A DNA stretch of 64,000 bases from positions 1 to 64,000 of IMG/VR virus record IMGVR_UViG_3300029448_000001; one strand, written 5' to 3'. Of this stretch, positions 32,301 through 39,850 are shown piece after piece (within the stretch, counting starts at the first letter, position 1; each line of letters begins with the position of its first letter). Source of the stretch: a virus. The notes under the pieces are model-generated. The model worked only from the letters and a program-made list of their open reading frames with translations. It was not told the DNA's origin and did no database searches. The translations under genes were made by a program, and so were the position numbers.

Positions 32301-33011
32301 TTTACTCACGCAATTACAACAAATAATGAATTATTTACTTGGGGATTGAATTATTACGGAACAACTGGACTAAATGAAGTTTTTGCAACTGATGGTGGTA
32401 CTGTTCACAAATCATCTCACACTTTAGTTAAAGCTGGTACAAGTTTTGTTTCAGTTACAGCGTATCATAATACAGTAGGTGCTTTGACAACTAATGGAGA
32501 TATATGGGTTTGGGGAGACCAAACACAATCAGGATTTAAAGAAACAAATATGGTACATAGGTCAAAACCAACTCTCATACCAGGAGACAGGTCTTGGAAT
32601 CATGTAAGTGCTGGTAATAATTATAGTGCCGCCATAACATCAAATTCAGAACTATGGACATGGGGATTAAATACTGATGGTCAACTAGGATTAAATGATA
32701 CAGTTCATAGAAGTAATATTTCTCAAGTTACAGGAACTTGGAAAGTTGTTGAAACAGGAAATAATCATACAGGAGCATTTGATTCAAGTAATGCAATTCA
32801 TACATGGGGTAAAAATGACGTTGGTCAGTTAGGAACTAATGATAATTATCCTTTCTATACAAATCGCTCAACACCTACTGCAATTGCTACTGGTTCAAAT
32901 AATCATTCTCAGTTATCTGTAGGTAAAGATTATTCTATGATAATTGACTCATCTAACGGAATACTAGCTTGGGGACATAATAAATATGGAAAAACAGGAG
33001 TAAGAGATTAA
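20337..33011 (+). CDS. Giant RCC1/BLIP-II-like repeat protein, part 1 (4224 aa); putative fibre or receptor-binding protein with a cupredoxin-like insert
   Basis: Dozens of repeats of the form LWxWGxNxxGQLGxNxxxxRSSPVQIxxxSWxxVxxGxxHxxAI; follows the fibre and chaperone genes. Confidence 0.85.
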   Translation: MLRRALLTIQPSDAETPGPLFAWGSNESFNLGDSTQVHRSSPVQITTDNFKQVKGNGRWSAGIKQDGSLWVWGEAPSDKRHFSSPENHGSLTGVTNFYPSEPLDNELTRFTSPTQLNSGAWTQIAVGRDHLLALKEDGTMWGLGSNYFGQLGLDPIANKSKFEVPMKIASSSYRGTFFLDTHGQIWGWGHNEYGDLGQGDTKARSWPVQIMADKSFTFLYTGHQSTFAIDENQKLWGWGRGDFGVFGQNNTIHYSSPVQIDSSNNYVSGASQYGSNYILTANGELNYLGENTYGQSAQNEPVGNHKSQPVQIPAPAGQKWAKIFTGNSGGQAITNTAQLYVWGLNGKGQLGQNDVVSRSSPVQIPGSFSYVSGDRAMRGFYATSHGSLMLKATNNEIYFVGDNTYGTGATGELVHRSQPVLISSKGAEEYKNFYMTRVGTHFTTSANQIFATGYNDKGVLGTNTIDYYREPQPFPNQYDEQWNSDYIPPSYYLHRLAFDTSNNLYMWGDSENNHAYSVFMQDHWYDKYPLHNPGPGHDNKYGDIATSRYRSSPVQVVGTNLNSFTQLGSDSWIQVSANENTSAAIKSDFSLYVAGDMRRHQKGFDPSSNTSLFEFTEVPAYEPHSWTQIDLGDHHTLALDNDSKLYAWGRNDFGQLGDGTKTDKDSPVLIDSGSWSKVSAGYNHSLALKNDGKMYAWGSSGYGEVANSSVKIIDVARGGCQRTGAHTLQEFGGYVKSDGTLFTYGGNQYGQLGLGDKIHRSSPTQVMTNAGSWVQIEAGATVFFGRTNDNKLWAWGDSRYGGLGTLQGLSTTEKSRPIQIDGHNEHNNQAIRSWSQVGLGYGYVSAGISNNNLYAWGYGSDGTGATGNIDSRAHKSSPVQIGLFQKGNWTKTLTGYRFGVALTSNGTIHTFGLNNYGQLGLNDVLSRSQPIQVGEANTWSDFAVGGYHCVARKKDGTLWSWGRNDSGEIGDNTVVDRSSPVQISGSWNQVFAGANRTYAKNTSNNLFAWGGAPQGQLGDNTVVSKSSPVQIVLGSDKNFTVLSVGGHTGGITDSNQLWIWGVNDFGQLGNGTTANKSSPVQISGSWDSVSTNDYDGYQATDRGGHTIAVSNTGGLYAWGQGTHGSTGFNSLSYNVNSPVQILWGSNTGFDVANTSFKIALSGEENSGAIDSLGKLWTWGRNAYGTLGQQVHGQAGDFYRSEPTVVGNTLHTFSSIAKLSADAIGCLAIHTNGQGYGWGINDSGAIGIQNAAQQSSPIQIGLNTHWAYPMSWKQLAHSRYHSAGITQLSGNTVDSLMTWGSNDDGQLGDKSVVGRQSPVLVEAASASNWISVGVGFKHTVAVTSDNKVYSWGNNAFFSSMYIGGQRSSPVSINHNTSFGQVPQAITKVVCGPHQTALFANSSYKGYVYTFGNNRSGQLGRHGIYDQNFYGPALNDDNNRRGYQIFNSANVDLQSGTTGLNTAVYGRGVPDGGNSMYYDFHAQNITNDSQWSNWRNSYGYQKRNEFDIEYITDIDFGIESSSATTGAKYFASGNNRIGQLGTGEAANNTTVSGHFVAGDFDSVNRIPSRSNAVQVSEISNTTSILTPTLINANSWYQISAGKNYNLAIDANNKIYSWGRNAVGQLGQGTVSSPTSSPTIVEGSMSWKHVSAGEQHALAIASNNRLYAWGGNFHGSGATYHYTTGLRSDPVQMPAVESFDSPANYSFVQHASGNNFHVAIRQDGTLWSWGFNNYGQLGLNDIIARSSPAQIDSGSWSKVFAGDSFAAAINANNKLFMWGINDHGQLGTRGDGSTINRSSPLQVGIETVSYSMVAAGDSFSMGIQANTGHLFGWGENNAGQLGQNNTINTSSPVQIGSEQWLTVQAGQSHVIAIKQNGTLWAWGGNSVGELGDGTTVLKSSPIQIGTANNWFTISSEPLGRFTLALTTANQLYGWGENNQGQIGQVNTTNYSSPIVIHSTSSWTAISAGRYHSMAISTANKLLGWGYGTTGQLGDASTQSKSSPTQVSLSNWKTVDCGESHVLALNTSDELYAWGYNGQGQLGLNNTTNQSVPQAVGSNTWKFINAGYRGSSGILTNGDLYLWGQNDYGQLGDNTVVNKSSPTVLAGKWDKTAMSQEFTLALANGTGIAWSWGLNNKGQLGNFGLDGSVVNRSSPSQVGEFHTGNTWIDVAMGDDFTVAIREDKTMWGWGKGNNGVLGNLNILHRSSPVQIGTASWDQVAAGYYHVVAVANSTGYLYGWGAGANGKIGHNKTTNSSSPVQITSDAYKNVAAGEINSFAIKNDDTLWGWGYRWANGWPGDGNRYAKSEPVQVWNGNSAENHDWKQMAAATNHAVAIKHDGSLWTWGHNGYGELGQNDVKHRSSRVQVGTSTDWIECHASIYGTYAINANNQLYVWGYNNYGQLGTGNRTNYSSPVQVAGSWITMNADEYTVSAINSANQLFSWGSNNYGQVGDGTKINRSSPVQENSGQSWRKVTGGSSGVSGHKLALREDYTLWGWGYNGGNIIERGNGGNRATGGAHAQMQKWQIGTEIENQSYTYVSSGRYTNMAIAANGSIWVAGYNGYGQFGVGDVLNRSSAVQLTAGAGKSWIEVEQGQNFAFGIKNDGTLWSWGHNNYGQLGDNSIVNKSSPVQITHPGGRSWLHVVGNENGAAALDQDNKLYAWGYELQAPPNANNALNTGAYHSRPIQIDSCETHENRNSWRQIALNTGATSFTSAVRADGTLWTWGQDNHGQLGHNTLNIHCSSPVQVGGSWLATAIGNYFTIGIKDNGSLWAWGYNNYGQLGQNNINISRSSPVQIGSSTDWKQVSATTSGAAAINANNQLYVWGYNTYGEMGQNNTAHYSSPVQVAGSWLMVSGGHHYFLGIKTDRTLHAWGYNSSGRLGNNSVANKSNPVQIGLSQWGFVDAGWEHSAAIRKDGRLYMWGLNNIGQFGNTQNSTINASSPVQLPGTDSWAQVTTKTYRATQALRSDGALFVWGQDNTGCHGTFDYKHALSRREVLNAEHKSSPVQIHLDYHYRSFVPVVNKSYAVTFGGTGYYSLDDGITPAQLNRDVYLYRGVSYTFNVNASGHPFYIKSALGSGSTGEYTSGVTNNGTDSGTVSFVVPMDAPDTLYYQCGIHSGMNAVINVTGNTTFKLLNGGYQHIFALSGNAQFSNLYGWGYREIGRIGDTTGQRTASVNGRRSAPVQISNFESYDSFTHVSSESRGLQAITANGQLMVWGYGDNGELGQGDVTNYFSPVQLGGRSANVAAPINFTYRGTTKLPTSWYMASGGQRQSVAIDTSNNLWSWGLNNYGQGGLNHPLNNDRSQPMQIAETKDISFTKIDSGETYSIAVANDGSLWSWGVGEFGQLGLTSRIARSSATQIGSSSWTSVSTGESHALAISSNGSLYAWGSNRYGQLGDNTKISKSSPVLISTSSWSDIGTGEFHSIALRNDGRVFVWGRNDFGQLGLNLQNEHIGNETAYKSSPVSLGTSSFVFVTAGKESSFAIRSDKALFSWGANQNGVLGQDDLTFRSSPVQIGTSSYNFVSSDGYHTVAVTSDNKLFSWGRNLEGLVGDNTIINRSSPVQISGTWFTAYAGNNTTHAITTSNAVFGWGYGGFGGIGDNERIHRSSPVQVATGTSFIAVSSGNGFSQFIAANNTLYNTGMVEHGYLATSTATTPQGNAPYLAGYDKWKWAETGNEFTLAVCKEGRTGLIANNLYGFGRNLGSPIDTTYAGTTVNYPVPIVHLEDGERRFFSGNTQPTYANVTYGKLARSNFGIDVSNRGGNGLAIDDTGTYRNNGTGTDYGELAKTNLQIDVGAASIFHRSSPVQIGAGSWAVIASAWTASYAIRHDGSLWSWGGGGTGRLGLNHASTIYSPARLSSSESWNAVMSIGAGAFALRKDGTMWSWGAGGQGRGGRGDTLNTSSPIQIGTDDTWIALANTTGQDDLDWTGAIANTNGTSTSGHLYAWGDSASGQLHQVGVSEGPHGMPGIHDLSSPVQLGFKSWSNVDSGYRFTHAITTNNELFTWGLNYYGTTGLNEVFATDGGTVHKSSHTLVKAGTSFVSVTAYHNTVGALTTNGDIWVWGDQTQSGFKETNMVHRSKPTLIPGDRSWNHVSAGNNYSAAITSNSELWTWGLNTDGQLGLNDTVHRSNISQVTGTWKVVETGNNHTGAFDSSNAIHTWGKNDVGQLGTNDNYPFYTNRSTPTAIATGSNNHSQLSVGKDYSMIIDSSNGILAWGHNKYGKTGVRD

Positions 33012-36000
33012 ATGACTAAAAAAGTTTTTTCCATAAACACCCCTAAAAAATTAGGGAGTGCTAACTCAGTACCTAAGAGTTGGACTCAAGTACAAGTTGC
33101 GCCTACAGGAATAATGGCTAAAGATGCCGATGATTTTTTATTCGCTTGGGGCTCTAGTGGATATGCTAATACTACTATTTTTGGTGGGGCAGGTCCAGCA
33201 TCTTCACCTACGTCAGGAAATAATGTATTTAATTTAGATAGCACAGAACTACAACCTGTTCCTCATCAAGCGTTAGGTTTGCCTAATGCACAAGCGATAA
33301 AAAAACTTATATTTGCAGGTCATGGAAATGATCAAACAGCATATGCTATAACGCAAGATGGCGACCTTTATGCTTCAGGATTTAACACTTATGGAGTAGG
33401 TGGAGGACGAGGAGGAGGTCCTAACTTTGGAGATTCGACTTATAATCTTAATGATGTAAAACAAGCTAGGTCTAGCTTTACTCAAATTTTTAGTGGTCAA
33501 AGAGGAGTAGAACACCCAGAACATACACAACTTATTGATAAAGGTGTTCATGATATAGATTCTAACAGATACGCTGTAGGTATGATAAAAAATGATGGAA
33601 CTCTTCATACATGGGGATATAATCATTTAGGTCAATTAGGAGCAAATAGCACTCAAATTTTATATTCTCCAGTTCAAATAGGTAATGAAAGATATAGAAA
33701 AGTTTTAATGGGTATGCATGACGACCAGAACTCAACTATGGCTTTAAGAGATGACCACACTCTTTATATGTGGGGTTCAAATGAATATGGTCAATTAGGA
33801 ATTACTCATGGACACACTACTTGGCATACAATCGACCGTTCATCTCCTAATCAAGTAACATCAGGAACAGGCAGTTTTATTCACATTTCTTCAAGTGGTA
33901 AACATAGTGCCGCAATAGATTCAGAGAATAGACTTTATATGTGGGGATATAATAATTACGGACAGTTAGGTGTCGGTAATATAGCAAATAGGTCATCTCC
34001 AACACAAGTTCCAGGTAGTTGGTCACAAGTAGAAACAGGGTACGATACGACTTATGCTTTGACTACTGATAATCAATTATTTGCATGGGGAAGAAAACAT
34101 GTTGGTTCTATACCTGAACACCCATTTAATGCAAATCGTTCATCGCCTATAGCTTTAAAAGGAAACAATAATAATACAGGAGCAAACGTAAGTTTTGGAT
34201 TAGTTAGTTGGACAAACATCGCCGCAATTGATTATGGAGGTATTGCTGTAGAGGCAACTACAAATACTGCTTATGTTTGGGGTTCTAATGATGTAGGACA
34301 ATTAGGTCTAGGCGATAGTGCTAATAAATCTAGTTTTGTTGCCATAGGAACACATAACGGAGGGCATCTTTCTAATAAGAGTTGGTATAATGTAGATGCT
34401 GGTCCTAGAAATATAATATTATATGATCCTGATGGTAAAATATATGTATCAGGTGGTGATTACTACGGAGCAACAGGTAGAAGAAAGTCTGTTAATGCAC
34501 AAAATAATAAGCGTGTATATAGAAGTTTTCCTATACAAGTAAGCACAGTAGATGAATCTAAATGGTATTATCCACAAAAAATTCAAACAGGTTCAAACAC
34601 AGCATTCAAAGAATTTTCAGTAGGTCAAAATCATGGACTTGCAATAGACTCTAACGATAAACTTTGGGGTTGGGGTAATTTTGCTGGTCGTGATTTTTTT
34701 GCAAATACAACAGAACATAACTCTTGGAAAAAAATTGCATCAGCCCATACTCATAGTATAGGTCTTACAGATGATGGAGAAGCATATGCATGGGGAGAAA
34801 ATAATTGGGGTCAGCTTGGAACAGGAGAAAAAACGCATAGGTCTTCCCCTGTTCAAATTCCATCTGAAGAAGGCACAAGTTGGATTGATGTAGATGCAGG
34901 AACAGGTTATTCAGCACTTGTTAGAAGTGATAAAACTTTATGGACTATGGGAAGAAATGAGTATGGTCAGTTAGGTCCTAGAATGTTTGCTAACAATACT
35001 CTCTACTATGGTACTACAACTGGAATATATTCTCATAGAAGTTCTCCAATACAAATAGGTTCGCATGAAGGAGTTCGCAAATATAAATCTCTTGGTATAG
35101 GACAACATACTTCTTATGCACTTGATGAAGATGGGAATGTATTTGCTTGGGGAAGAAATGGAAGTGGTTCTTTAGGTGACATGGGTCCAGGAGGAGCAGT
35201 AACAAGTAAAAGTTCTCCAGTACAACTAACTATAGCATATAAGAATGATGGCTCTGCTCATTACGGAGCAAATAATACTTTTGCTGGAGGTGGAATACCA
35301 GATGAAGACAATACTTTTAATGTAGCAGGCAACTTTAACGCTAGAAGATTTAGTGCAGTAGATATTGTAGGTTCTATGGCTGACCATGCAGTTATACTTG
35401 ATGAGTACGGAAGAACATTTCATTTTGGACTTAATACATGGGGACCATACGGATTCAATGATATTGTAAGTAGAAGTACGCCCTACTTAAATACAGTTTT
35501 TGGACAAAAAAGTTTCGCACAAGTATCTTTAGGGTCAAATTATGGAATGTATCTTACACATGATGGACAGTTATGGACATCAGGTCATAATCCTGATGGA
35601 AGATTAGGAGACAATACAGTTATTTCTCGTTCCTCTCCTGTACAAATATCACACCCTAATTCTAGAAGTTGGAGTCAAGTATCAGCAGGTTTTGGACAAT
35701 GTTATGCATTAGATGAAGATTATAAACTTTGGGGTTGGGGTAGAGCGAATATGGGAAGGCTAGGACCTTCTAATAACAATCAATCATCACCAGTTCAAAC
35801 TGATGCAGGATTCACAAGAGCAAACATGGGAGTAAGTGTAATCTCAATGGCCGCTGGTGGAGAATACTCAGGTCATGTTCTTTCTAATAATGCTTTGTAT
35901 ATGTACGGAACAGGAACTTATGGTCAGTTAGGAAAAAATGATATATTAGCTTCAAGTTCTCCAATTCAGATTGCATCAGATAAAACATGGAAAACAATAC

Positions 36001-39000
36001 ACACAGCACAAAGTTTTACTCATGGAATAACAACAGACAAACAACTTTGGGGTTGGGGAGATAATAGATGGGGATCAGTAGGAGATAACACGATAATAAA
36101 TCGTTCATCACCAGTTCAAATAGCAGGAAGTTGGAATGTTGTTGCGACTGGTGGTGGAAATAGAACACATAATTGTTTAGCAATCAAATCAGACGGAACA
36201 CTATGGTCTTGGGGTTATAATGCACAAGGTCAATTGGGTCTTAATGATGTTGTAGGAAGGTCATCACCAGTTCAAATAGGAACAAAATCTGATTGGACAA
36301 TCGTAGCCGCTAATTATTATAATGGAGCGGCGATTAATGCTAACAATGAATTATTTGTTTGGGGAGATGGTCCTCAAGGATCGATGGGAGATAATACAGC
36401 AGTATCTAAATCTTCTCCAATTCAAGTAACTGGTAGTTGGCAACAAGTCGTATCAGGTGATAGATGGTTCTGGGCTTTAAGTTCAGCGAATCAAGTGTTT
36501 GGTTGGGGTTATAATAACTACGGACATGTTTCAGCAGACACTACTAAAACTAATAAATCTCAACCAGTTCAAGTTGCTACTGGTAGCAGTTTTGCTTTCA
36601 TAGGTGCATTGTCAGGAACAGCATGTATGGGAGATACAAACGGAAAATTATTTGCAGTAGGCTATAATGGTCATGGTGCTGTTGGTGACGGAACTACTGC
36701 ACACAGGTCAACAGTTACCGCAATACTGACACAAAGAAATACTCCTAGAGCGTTTTCTGCCGCTTACTGGAATGAAGGTAGTATAGCGAGAGAAATAACA
36801 GGAGGTTATCATCACTGGCAAATGCTAGACAATTCTAATACATTGTTTGCATGGGGTCATGGAACTACTAATCAATTAGGTCAAATGGGAACAGGATTAA
36901 CAACTCCAAACAAATCTAGTCCAGTTCAAGTTTATGGAAATGATAGTTGGGTTCAAATTTGTGCAAGATTTAACAACGCTACCATAGATGGTGTTTTAGC
37001 AATTAAATCTGATGGAACGGCATGGATTCATGGCTACAATGGAAATGGAGTAGATACTTATGATGGTTCTTTAGGAATTAATGAAATTAATTCTACTTAT
37101 TATTCTCCTGTTCAAGTATCTCTTCCGTCAGGCTTTGATGCATCAGGTAAAAAACCTTGGTTTCACGGACATGGTGGATTTGTTTTTGAAGCAAATACAT
37201 TGTCTACAGCACAAACTGTTTATGGTTGGGGAAGAAATGAACACTCAACATTAGGCTCAAGATATTTTAAATATCATAGGTCTTCTCCAGTTTTAATAAA
37301 TTCTGGCAAAAAATATAAAGATATAAAAACATTTACAACTACAACTGCTGGAGGTCATAGTTTAGGAGTTGATGAAGACGATATACTTTGGTCATGGGGC
37401 GGTTCTTATACTACTAATCATGGAGAATTAGGATTCGCAACATTACTAGACAGATTCCATAGGTCATCTCCTACGCAAGTAAAACTAGCACATCAATGGA
37501 GACCAGAGTCAACAAAAGAAGTAGGAGTACCTGGAACTGAATGGGTTTCAGATATTGTTTCTGTATCGTGTGGTAGAAAATATGATGATTCTGCTTTAGG
37601 TAATATGTCAGTTCTTACAGAATCAGGTAATGTATTCTCATGGGGCCATAACGCAACTTACGGAGGTCTTGGAGATAATACAGTTGTAAATAGAAGCGAG
37701 CCTGTTCAATTAGGGTTTAATTTAGACGGACAATTTGAGGGAATTAGTTTTAGTGCATTATCTACTCATGCATTTGGTGGATTTGCAATCGGAAGTACAT
37801 CAACAACTAATTCAAAATATGGAGCAAATAGTTTATGGGGTTGGGGTAGAAATGATGTAGGAATGCTTTCAAAACAAGCTGAAGATGTAGTAGCATACTC
37901 ATTTCCTATTCAAGTAGATGGAGCGTTTCACGATCAATTCTGGACTAAATGGGACACTTATAGATATCATGGAATCGGAATCGCTAATAACGGAACTTTA
38001 TGGGTTTCAGGATATAATCAGAATGGGTGCTTAGGTCAAAATTTAAATCCAACAGAACTTGTAGCAAGGTCATCTCCAATTCAAGTAGGAACAGCAAATA
38101 ATTATATTGATGTTGCCGCTGGAGATTATAGTTGCTATGCAATTAAAGATGATGGTAAACTTTTTGCATGGGGGTATAATGCTCAAGGGCAACTAGGACA
38201 AAATGATACTCTAAATCGTTCATCACCTGTTCAAGTTAGACCTGGAACATCATTCACTTCAGTATCAACTTCTTATCGACATGTTTTAGCTACTACTTCA
38301 TCTAATAATATAGTGGCATGGGGAGAAAATACTTCTGGTCAATGTGGAATCAATAATGCGTTAAATGTATCTTCACCGACTCAAATTGGAATATCAACTT
38401 GGAGTAAAATTAAAGTAGGTATTCATCATTCTCTTGCAATAGGAAAAGGATTTTTAAATAATGCTGGAGGATTATACACATGGGGATATAATGTAGTTGG
38501 AGGAGTTTTAGGACAAAATAATGTTGCTAATCTATCTAATCCTACTCAAATTGGAACACACACAAATACAAATAAACTTGCGGCAGGATATCAAAATACT
38601 AAATGGATTAATACTGCAAATCAAATGTTTGTAGTTGGTTATAATACCTATGATGAATTAGGTCAAGGAGATACAGTCCATCGTTCATCGCCCGTTCAAC
38701 TTGCAGGTAGTTGGACTGAGGTAACAAGCGGTTATAATCATGCAATAGCAACTGCGGCTAATGGAACTATATTTGGTTGGGGTCTTAGAACAAGTGGTCA
38801 AGTAGGAGATGGAACTACAACTGCAAATACAAGAGACTTTGGAATACAATTAGTTGCAACAGCGAACAGTTATTATCACCCAAATCCTACAAATGTAAGT
38901 CTTCTTTATTCTGGAGTTTACAATTCAGGTATTATTGATGCAAATAATAAAAGATATGAATTTGGAACAAATGAGTGGGGTCATGCAGGAAGAATCTTCT

Positions 39001-39845
39001 GGGCAGTTGGTGGAGCCCATCACTCAAGTGCTGTTCAAGTTACAGGAAATAAACAATGGCAAACAATAGCTGTAAGAGATGCAGTAGGAGGTCAGGCTAT
39101 ACAGAAAGATACAAATAAATTATGGGCATGGGGATATAACTCTCATGGAGAATTAGGTTTGAATAATCAACTAAATCAATCTTCTCCAACTCAAATATGG
39201 GGAGATGATATAACTAGCGTAACTGATGGAATGCATCACACAATAGGGTGGACTGCTAATACAGGCAAGATGTATATGGTAGGATATAATGACCAAGGTC
39301 AAATAGGTCAAAATGATGTAAGTGTTAGTCGCTCAACACCAACTCAAATAACAGGTGAAGCAAACATACAAGGCATACATGTAAATGGAAATAATTGGTC
39401 AAATGTTTGGGGTGGAGAGAGAAGTGTTTTTGCAGAACTAAAACATTCTAACAAAAGAATTTATGCATGGGGATATGAGGGTATTAGGTCATTTGCAAAA
39501 CTTGGTTTAGGATATAGGAATGATTTTGTTTATACTCCTACGCCAATGGTAGGAAATTATTTTGGAAACACAGAGATTAGTAGATTTGAAACTTCTTTGC
39601 CTGCTCAAATTGGAAATTTAAATTACAAATATGTCGCCGCAGGAAATAATATTTCTTACGCTATATCAGACACAGATTTAATTTATTCATGGGGAAATAA
39701 TCGTGAAGGTCAACTTGGTAGATATGGAGAAGCGAATTCTGAATTTGAATCATTTAGTCCTGTACAAATAGGTGTCGTAGCAGACACCTATCGAAGAGTT
39801 TACTCAGGAAATACAGGAGCGTTTGGAATTAAGTTTAGAGTCTAA
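33012..39845 (+). CDS. Giant RCC1/BLIP-II-like repeat protein, part 2 (2277 aa)
   Basis: Same repeat; the ATG directly follows the TAA of part 1 in frame; AGGAG at 32996-33000. Confidence 0.85.
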   Translation: MTKKVFSINTPKKLGSANSVPKSWTQVQVAPTGIMAKDADDFLFAWGSSGYANTTIFGGAGPASSPTSGNNVFNLDSTELQPVPHQALGLPNAQAIKKLIFAGHGNDQTAYAITQDGDLYASGFNTYGVGGGRGGGPNFGDSTYNLNDVKQARSSFTQIFSGQRGVEHPEHTQLIDKGVHDIDSNRYAVGMIKNDGTLHTWGYNHLGQLGANSTQILYSPVQIGNERYRKVLMGMHDDQNSTMALRDDHTLYMWGSNEYGQLGITHGHTTWHTIDRSSPNQVTSGTGSFIHISSSGKHSAAIDSENRLYMWGYNNYGQLGVGNIANRSSPTQVPGSWSQVETGYDTTYALTTDNQLFAWGRKHVGSIPEHPFNANRSSPIALKGNNNNTGANVSFGLVSWTNIAAIDYGGIAVEATTNTAYVWGSNDVGQLGLGDSANKSSFVAIGTHNGGHLSNKSWYNVDAGPRNIILYDPDGKIYVSGGDYYGATGRRKSVNAQNNKRVYRSFPIQVSTVDESKWYYPQKIQTGSNTAFKEFSVGQNHGLAIDSNDKLWGWGNFAGRDFFANTTEHNSWKKIASAHTHSIGLTDDGEAYAWGENNWGQLGTGEKTHRSSPVQIPSEEGTSWIDVDAGTGYSALVRSDKTLWTMGRNEYGQLGPRMFANNTLYYGTTTGIYSHRSSPIQIGSHEGVRKYKSLGIGQHTSYALDEDGNVFAWGRNGSGSLGDMGPGGAVTSKSSPVQLTIAYKNDGSAHYGANNTFAGGGIPDEDNTFNVAGNFNARRFSAVDIVGSMADHAVILDEYGRTFHFGLNTWGPYGFNDIVSRSTPYLNTVFGQKSFAQVSLGSNYGMYLTHDGQLWTSGHNPDGRLGDNTVISRSSPVQISHPNSRSWSQVSAGFGQCYALDEDYKLWGWGRANMGRLGPSNNNQSSPVQTDAGFTRANMGVSVISMAAGGEYSGHVLSNNALYMYGTGTYGQLGKNDILASSSPIQIASDKTWKTIHTAQSFTHGITTDKQLWGWGDNRWGSVGDNTIINRSSPVQIAGSWNVVATGGGNRTHNCLAIKSDGTLWSWGYNAQGQLGLNDVVGRSSPVQIGTKSDWTIVAANYYNGAAINANNELFVWGDGPQGSMGDNTAVSKSSPIQVTGSWQQVVSGDRWFWALSSANQVFGWGYNNYGHVSADTTKTNKSQPVQVATGSSFAFIGALSGTACMGDTNGKLFAVGYNGHGAVGDGTTAHRSTVTAILTQRNTPRAFSAAYWNEGSIAREITGGYHHWQMLDNSNTLFAWGHGTTNQLGQMGTGLTTPNKSSPVQVYGNDSWVQICARFNNATIDGVLAIKSDGTAWIHGYNGNGVDTYDGSLGINEINSTYYSPVQVSLPSGFDASGKKPWFHGHGGFVFEANTLSTAQTVYGWGRNEHSTLGSRYFKYHRSSPVLINSGKKYKDIKTFTTTTAGGHSLGVDEDDILWSWGGSYTTNHGELGFATLLDRFHRSSPTQVKLAHQWRPESTKEVGVPGTEWVSDIVSVSCGRKYDDSALGNMSVLTESGNVFSWGHNATYGGLGDNTVVNRSEPVQLGFNLDGQFEGISFSALSTHAFGGFAIGSTSTTNSKYGANSLWGWGRNDVGMLSKQAEDVVAYSFPIQVDGAFHDQFWTKWDTYRYHGIGIANNGTLWVSGYNQNGCLGQNLNPTELVARSSPIQVGTANNYIDVAAGDYSCYAIKDDGKLFAWGYNAQGQLGQNDTLNRSSPVQVRPGTSFTSVSTSYRHVLATTSSNNIVAWGENTSGQCGINNALNVSSPTQIGISTWSKIKVGIHHSLAIGKGFLNNAGGLYTWGYNVVGGVLGQNNVANLSNPTQIGTHTNTNKLAAGYQNTKWINTANQMFVVGYNTYDELGQGDTVHRSSPVQLAGSWTEVTSGYNHAIATAANGTIFGWGLRTSGQVGDGTTTANTRDFGIQLVATANSYYHPNPTNVSLLYSGVYNSGIIDANNKRYEFGTNEWGHAGRIFWAVGGAHHSSAVQVTGNKQWQTIAVRDAVGGQAIQKDTNKLWAWGYNSHGELGLNNQLNQSSPTQIWGDDITSVTDGMHHTIGWTANTGKMYMVGYNDQGQIGQNDVSVSRSTPTQITGEANIQGIHVNGNNWSNVWGGERSVFAELKHSNKRIYAWGYEGIRSFAKLGLGYRNDFVYTPTPMVGNYFGNTEISRFETSLPAQIGNLNYKYVAAGNNISYAISDTDLIYSWGNNREGQLGRYGEANSEFESFSPVQIGVVADTYRRVYSGNTGAFGIKFRV

Positions 39846-39850
39846 TAAGG

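Noticed and set aside
33009-33011. Genome-wide stop-codon reassignment
   Set aside because: TAA, TAG and TGA all end conserved core genes at expected lengths, so code 11 fits.
20337-39845. Diversity-generating retroelement or CRISPR-like array in the repeat region
   Set aside because: No reverse transcriptase in the window, no template/variable repeat pair differing at adenines noticed, and no identical repeats with spacers. The repeats are protein-level and diverged in DNA.
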